The notes under the pieces were generated by a model. The model did no database searches. It saw nothing but the letters and a program-made list of their open reading frames with translations, and had not been told where the DNA came from. This document shows, piece after piece, positions 57,251 through 62,025 of a stretch of DNA of 62,025 bases. Source of the DNA: an uncultured virus (IMG/VR IMGVR_UViG_3300028840_007129) (Duplodnaviria; Heunggongvirae; Uroviricota; Caudoviricetes); IMG/VR virus record IMGVR_UViG_3300028840_007129; one strand, written 5' to 3'. Made by a program: the position numbers and the translations under genes. Position 1 is the stretch's first letter; each line of letters opens with the position of its first letter.

Positions 57251-58042
57251 TTACAGGTCAGTTGTTTTGCATACGTTCATACCACGGCCATTCATCTCCT
57301 TGATGAAGTCCTCCGCGAGGTTCTCGAAGCCACTTACCGGACTACAGGTGTCTTCAAGAAGGGTGAATTTCCTGACCTGGTCAGGACCAAACTCATCGGC
57401 GACGTCCCTGACGGTGTTGGCCACGCAGTGACTCAAGGCTTCTCCGCTAATGTAGATGACATCAGCAGCCTGAAGCCTCTGAATGAGCGGTGTATTGATC
57501 TGGGTGGTCATGTCCGATGGGTCCATGACGTCTGCCTTTACGGCCGAGTAGTGCTCCGTGAACATGTTTGAGCCTTTGGTCACGTAATCAATCGTTGCGA
57601 ACTGGGCCTCCCAGGCGGTCAGGGCTTTGAAGAGCTCAGGATAAATGGAATGACCCTGACTCCCAATCAGGCAGTGAGGGGGCCAGATGACCAGGGCATA
57701 CCGTTTGTTGTCCTGAAGGTTCTTCACGTAATCAATGGACCGCTGCCTGAAACCAGGGTTCCTTGCGGTCCATTTGGGATTCTGGCCGATGACATCATCA
57801 TAGTTGATGAGCGTGAACGGGGCAGGGCTATCGCCCTTGCTGTTCGTCCACCAAATGGGATGGGCGATGTGAAGGTATCTGTGAGAATCCAGGGTGACCC
57901 TGATGTCACTGATCTTCTTCAACGAGCGCATCAAGAATCTGGCTAGACGTTCCATGTCCTTTTCGGCCCCACCAACGTAGAGGGCCCCCTTAGGATCACA
58001 GAAGTCTACTTGAGGATCAATAACCAGGAGCTGTGCATTCAT
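57251..58042 (-). CDS. pncA: nicotinamidase (isochorismatase family)
   Basis: VIDPQVDF, DSH, WPPHC, KG, GEALSHCV. Confidence 0.82.
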   Translation of the reverse strand: MNAQLLVIDPQVDFCDPKGALYVGGAEKDMERLARFLMRSLKKISDIRVTLDSHRYLHIAHPIWWTNSKGDSPAPFTLINYDDVIGQNPKWTARNPGFRQRSIDYVKNLQDNKRYALVIWPPHCLIGSQGHSIYPELFKALTAWEAQFATIDYVTKGSNMFTEHYSAVKADVMDPSDMTTQINTPLIQRLQAADVIYISGEALSHCVANTVRDVADEFGPDQVRKFTLLEDTCSPVSGFENLAEDFIKEMNGRGMNVCKTTDL

Positions 58043-58126
58043 TGGTTTTCTCCTTTGGGGTTTTATTTTATTCGAGGATTTCCAAGTAATCTTTCTCATT
58101 AATTGATAACGACTCATAGAAAATCC

Positions 58127-58930
58127 TCACAAGATGTCTTCTGGAATGTCACATATCGGAATAGGCTCCATCTTGTGCAATGATAAGTTGTGAAGCATGG
58201 TATATTTAGAAAGAGTAGACCTTTTTCTTTCTGTGAGTCCTGTATATATGGGGCATTGCTCGTCTATTTCGGTTATATCATACTTCTCGCACAGTTTCAT
58301 TGCCCACTCGAATTCTTCGTATGAGTCTCCAAGCTGGCTCTCGTCAGTGCGGTTATCATCCCATAGCCCATCGCTGGGAGAAGCCTTAAGTATTTCCTCG
58401 TTTATATCGAGATAAGAGCTCAATTCTCTGACCTGAGTTTTCGTGAGTTTTCCTATAGGAGAGATATCTACACCGCCGTCGCCGTATTTCGTGAAGAAGC
58501 CTAAGCCAAAATCTTCAACTTTATTGCCCGTACCTATTACAAGGCCCTTTATGTGCGTTGCGTAATAGTAAAGAGTATTCATTCTCATGCGAGATCTCAA
58601 ATTAGCACGAGCTAGGTCATTATTGGGGAAGCCCTCACAGAAAACGTCAAATTTATGGGTTAGATCCAATTCATGCAGGATAATTTTGAAAGATTTCTTT
58701 TCCATGAGCCAGTCTATATGGTTTTTGGCCCTGGTTACATGGTCGGGGGATTGATGAATACTCATGATAAAAAGGTCTGTTTTTACTCCCGCTATACAGC
58801 AGAGTGTCGAGACGAGAGCGGAATCTATTCCACCGGATACTCCGACAACAGCACAATCACGATTTCTTTTCAGAATCTCTTTTTTTATCCAAGAAGCGAT
58901 GTGGTCAACAACGGCAAGGCAGTCCATCAA
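58127..58930 (-). CDS. nadE: NH3-dependent NAD+ synthetase
   Basis: GVSGGIDSA, NLRSRMR, GTGN, TKYGDGG. Confidence 0.93.
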   Translation of the reverse strand: MMDCLAVVDHIASWIKKEILKRNRDCAVVGVSGGIDSALVSTLCCIAGVKTDLFIMSIHQSPDHVTRAKNHIDWLMEKKSFKIILHELDLTHKFDVFCEGFPNNDLARANLRSRMRMNTLYYYATHIKGLVIGTGNKVEDFGLGFFTKYGDGGVDISPIGKLTKTQVRELSSYLDINEEILKASPSDGLWDDNRTDESQLGDSYEEFEWAMKLCEKYDITEIDEQCPIYTGLTERKRSTLSKYTMLHNLSLHKMEPIPICDIPEDIL

Positions 58931-58939
58931 AATCTCCTT

Positions 58940-60103
58940 TTAAGCGGGTATATGAAGGATTTTTTTACAAAGGCTTATTGTTTCGGGACATCCCGTATGT
59001 TTTCCTGGATTATCGGAGTACTTCACGACGGGAACCCAACCGGATCCATTCCACCAGCCCGTCATTTTTATGACGATGTTCAGCGGTTTCAATCCGACAT
59101 CATTGGTCAGAAAAGTTCCTATTCCGTATGACCGACTTATCTCATCTCTTCGATAGTTCTGAATGGCCTCAACCATATTGAGGTCTAGACCGTCGGAATA
59201 GATGATGGTTTTGTGTTGAGGATTTATTCTTAGCTTTTTGTAGTGCTCTATAACCTTATCTGTGAACACATAGGGGTCACCACTATCCTGCCGTACCCCA
59301 TCAAAAAGCTTGGCATAAAGACTGTTGAAGGACCTTAAAAAGACCTCGGTGGTATAGGTATCAGGTAGAGCTATCCCGAGGTCCCCCTGATAAACTTCCA
59401 CCCATTTTTTCAGAGCCATCTCGTTAGCCATTGGGAAACCATAACGTGCTGCATGAAACTGGGTCCACTCATGGGCTTGAGTGCCCTTAGGAGCCATATC
59501 AAGAAGCATGGAGATGTAGACGTTACTGCTTCCTACAAAATAGGGCTTACCATGGGTAGCTAAAGTTTCAGCAACTCGGAGATGATTCTTAAAAGAATAT
59601 CTACGACGTGTTCCGAAATCGGCATAATTGGCCTTGAGTTCCAGGAGACGGGCAGCTTTTTTCATAGCCACATCGACGGAATTCGTTATCTGAGTCTGTC
59701 CCGTCAGCTTGAAATAGAGCTCAGACACCAGAGCCATTATAGGCACTTCCCAGTAGATCACTCTATGCCAGAACCCAGAGATAATAATCGAAAGGTCACC
59801 CCCATTCTGGGTAATGGTTATCTCGTTCTCAGGCTCGTATCGATATCCTTTAAGAAAGTTGATGTAGACAGGAGTGAGATAGGGACATTTTTTTTCAAGA
59901 AACTCTGCCTCTTCATCTTTTAGGGATAGAAGTTTCATCATCCTGAGTTCAGTTCTCAGAGCCTGTTCGAATCCTTGAGGGAATTGAGTCTTACCCCTGT
60001 TGAAGAACTCGAATCGGACGACTTCTCCGGGATAGAGAACGTTCACGGCCTGACCCATGCTGAATTTATAGAGGTCGTTGTCCAGTATGCTTGTGATGTA
60101 CAT
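58940..60103 (-). CDS. pncB: nicotinate phosphoribosyltransferase
   Basis: DNDLYKFSM, DFGTRRR, GTQAHE, RQDSGD, YSDGL, GIGT. Confidence 0.93.
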   Translation of the reverse strand: MYITSILDNDLYKFSMGQAVNVLYPGEVVRFEFFNRGKTQFPQGFEQALRTELRMMKLLSLKDEEAEFLEKKCPYLTPVYINFLKGYRYEPENEITITQNGGDLSIIISGFWHRVIYWEVPIMALVSELYFKLTGQTQITNSVDVAMKKAARLLELKANYADFGTRRRYSFKNHLRVAETLATHGKPYFVGSSNVYISMLLDMAPKGTQAHEWTQFHAARYGFPMANEMALKKWVEVYQGDLGIALPDTYTTEVFLRSFNSLYAKLFDGVRQDSGDPYVFTDKVIEHYKKLRINPQHKTIIYSDGLDLNMVEAIQNYRRDEISRSYGIGTFLTNDVGLKPLNIVIKMTGWWNGSGWVPVVKYSDNPGKHTGCPETISLCKKILHIPA

Positions 60104-60141
60104 AGGGCCCCCGCTACTTTTTATTTTTATCATTTTAATAA

Positions 60142-60170
60142 ATAATACATCTCTCCAGAATTCTTGTCAA
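60142..60170 (-). promoter_or_regulatory. sigma70 promoter of the NAD operon
   Basis: TTGACA-17-TATTAT. Confidence 0.8.
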
Positions 60171-60303
60171 TACCCCAATACTGTATGATACCTGATAAAA
60201 AGTCCTACATAAAGTCTTCATACCATAACTAATTGTAATTCAAAGGGTTAATGTTTCTAGAATACTCTACTAATACCGATGCCTTTTTATGCAGTTACCT
60301 TAT

Positions 60304-60591
60304 ATGAAGATTGCCAGCATCACCGAGTCCCTCGATATTATTGCTGAGGAGCTTCAAAGAGAGGACCCCGTTCTGGCCCTACGGGTAGACCAGATAAGCG
60401 ACAGGATAGAGAAGAAAGCTTTTCATCCTGGGGGATGGTTACCGGGTAGAAAGTATAGAAAAGAATACTACGGTAATAGTTATTGTTCCCAAAATAGGGA
60501 CAGCTTTTATTCTTGCCCTAATTGTGGTTTCAATGATCGACACGCTAAAAAATGTCCCCACTGCGGATCAACAATGTTGAGAAAAGGATAA
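60304..60591 (+). CDS. small Zn-ribbon protein
   Basis: CPNCG...CPHCG. Confidence 0.65.
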   Translation: MKIASITESLDIIAEELQREDPVLALRVDQISDRIEKKAFHPGGWLPGRKYRKEYYGNSYCSQNRDSFYSCPNCGFNDRHAKKCPHCGSTMLRKG

Positions 60592-60594
60592 GAT

Positions 60595-62025
60595 GTGGCT
60601 CAGAGTATAATAGGAAAAGCAAACCTTACTAATCTCATCTTCGGGGCATTACCTGAGTGCTTGAAGAACGGGACCAATCCACCTCAGTTTACTAATGATG
60701 TTTTTCCTATATTTGAAGGAAATGGGTATTCTAATTATGGAGGAACAAGGGTTTTTGTACCAACATTGGCTAATGGTGGTACTTACAATAATGGTAAGAT
60801 AGAACTGACAGAAGCCAACTGTTTAAATTGTGGTTGGGGTTTCAATATTAACATTCCTGAAACCACTATTATCATCTGGGTTAAACTTAATGAATCCTTA
60901 ACGTCCAACAAAGGCCTTATGTGGTGTGCCCCGCTGTGGGATCTTACTACCCCTAATAATCCTGGTAACTTTGCTTCTTTCAAATTAAGTGTAAATAGAT
61001 ATTCTAGTCCCCCACTCCCTTATCTCTTTGTTAATGTTCATACCGATGGGGCCTTTAGCAACCCAAAAGTATCCTCTAGCCAATATGAAGATGACTATGC
61101 TGGCGTTGAAAAAATGTATGTATGGAGGTTTAATAGAAGTGCCTTTGATTTCTACAGTGGTCAGGGGAGTACCCTTCTTCATCTTCCCCAGATAGCTTCC
61201 AATGTGTCACAGCAATACCTGTACGGTGCTAGTCAGCCCATACTTATAGGTAGTAATATCTTAGCTAATTTAGATGGAGAGCTGCTGTATTCTGAAAATG
61301 GGTATGACATGACAATTTCTAATGTCATGATGTTTGACAAGGAACTAAACGAGAATGAAATTACTGATTTATTTTCTTTAGGGCCAGATCTTGGCGGACT
61401 AGCCGGATATGATAATGGTGACGGAACTCTGGACCTGGTGGACGTCACGGCACCGGCTTGGGCTACTGGATATCCTTTTATCAATACATCTACTGGTTCA
61501 ACAGCAAATTTCAAAGTAAAGACAGATGAAGATGCGACAGCTTATTTTGTCGTGCTTCAGGACGGTGCAATCGCTCCTTCATCTCTGCAGGTTTCTCAAG
61601 GAAAAGATTCAGAGGGTAACACGGTCCCGACGGGACTTTACGGCTCCACTGTTTTATCAGCGAATGTCGAAGGTGACCTCACATCGACAAATCTTACGCA
61701 CAGTCTCTTTTACGATGCTTATTTTACGGCTCAAGATGACTCAACAAATCTTCAGGCCACTCCCGTTAAAGTAGACTTCACAACACAGGACTTATCGGCC
61801 CCCGGATGGTTTCCGGGGTCTCCCTTTCTATACGGATCTACTTCTTCAAGTGCTCAATTTAAGGCGGCTATTAATGAGGCTGGTACTGTTTATTTTGAGG
61901 CGGTACTAGTTTCGGCACCTAATCCAGACTCAACGCAGGTCAAACTAGGCTTAGACGGAGCTGATAGCTCGGCTCTAGTCTCCGCGTCATCCTCAGTGAT
62001 TTCAGGACAGTTGGCTACTTTTAGT
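60595..62025 (+). CDS. LamG-like + Ig/FN3-like repeat protein, truncated by window end (not in ORF track)
   Basis: frame from GTG 60595 reads on to the window end; ISNVMMFDKELNENEI (LamG-like), DVTAPAW/DLSAPGW repeats. Confidence 0.75.
   Translation, partial: MAQSIIGKANLTNLIFGALPECLKNGTNPPQFTNDVFPIFEGNGYSNYGGTRVFVPTLANGGTYNNGKIELTEANCLNCGWGFNINIPETTIIIWVKLNESLTSNKGLMWCAPLWDLTTPNNPGNFASFKLSVNRYSSPPLPYLFVNVHTDGAFSNPKVSSSQYEDDYAGVEKMYVWRFNRSAFDFYSGQGSTLLHLPQIASNVSQQYLYGASQPILIGSNILANLDGELLYSENGYDMTISNVMMFDKELNENEITDLFSLGPDLGGLAGYDNGDGTLDLVDVTAPAWATGYPFINTSTGSTANFKVKTDEDATAYFVVLQDGAIAPSSLQVSQGKDSEGNTVPTGLYGSTVLSANVEGDLTSTNLTHSLFYDAYFTAQDDSTNLQATPVKVDFTTQDLSAPGWFPGSPFLYGSTSSSAQFKAAINEAGTVYFEAVLVSAPNPDSTQVKLGLDGADSSALVSASSSVISGQLATFS

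Noticed and set aside
60783..61774. Short ORFs at the right end
   Set aside because: They overlap a longer plus-strand frame from 60595 that runs off the window

Overview
This window looks like part of a large (jumbo-type) bacteriophage genome: rIIA/rIIB, HNH nucleases, an M15 endolysin-like peptidase, many orphan ORFs, and no rRNA or core bacterial housekeeping genes. The left end (1.3-2.3 kb) has hairpin tandem repeats, outward-facing G-rich arrays and a sharp C-to-G skew switch, a candidate replication origin. The centre holds 39 tRNA or tRNA-like genes on the minus strand in three clusters (34.3-35.6, 38.2-41.2 and 42.0-47.4 kb), covering every amino acid except Pro and Gln. Main finding: each cluster is preceded by a sigma70 promoter, a short leader peptide missed by the ORF track, and alternative 1:2 / 2:3 / 3:4 hairpins ending in an intrinsic terminator, which is the layout of a ribosome-stalling attenuator. 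The central codons of each leader match the tRNAs of its own cluster at isoacceptor level (CGN Arg and ATA Ile in leader 1; AGR Arg, ATT Ile and all Leu/Ser isoacceptors in leader 2; Asn/Ala/Thr/Glu/Gly in leader 3). I infer an on-demand tRNA replacement system triggered by depletion or cleavage of host tRNAs. The clusters also contain a circularly permuted tRNA-Leu(CAA)-like gene, a D-armless tRNA-Ala, a tRNA-Cys with a long variable arm, a group I intron in tRNA-Leu(UAA), boxA-like sites, uORF-hairpin-gated genes and RNA repair/processing enzymes. Elsewhere are a pncB-nadE-pncA...nrtR NAD salvage operon with a vWA/PP2C/kinase triad, a 517-bp foreign insert splitting a phosphoesterase gene, attC-like sites and a tnpB remnant. 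All calls come from reading the sequence by eye; no database search or folding program was run.
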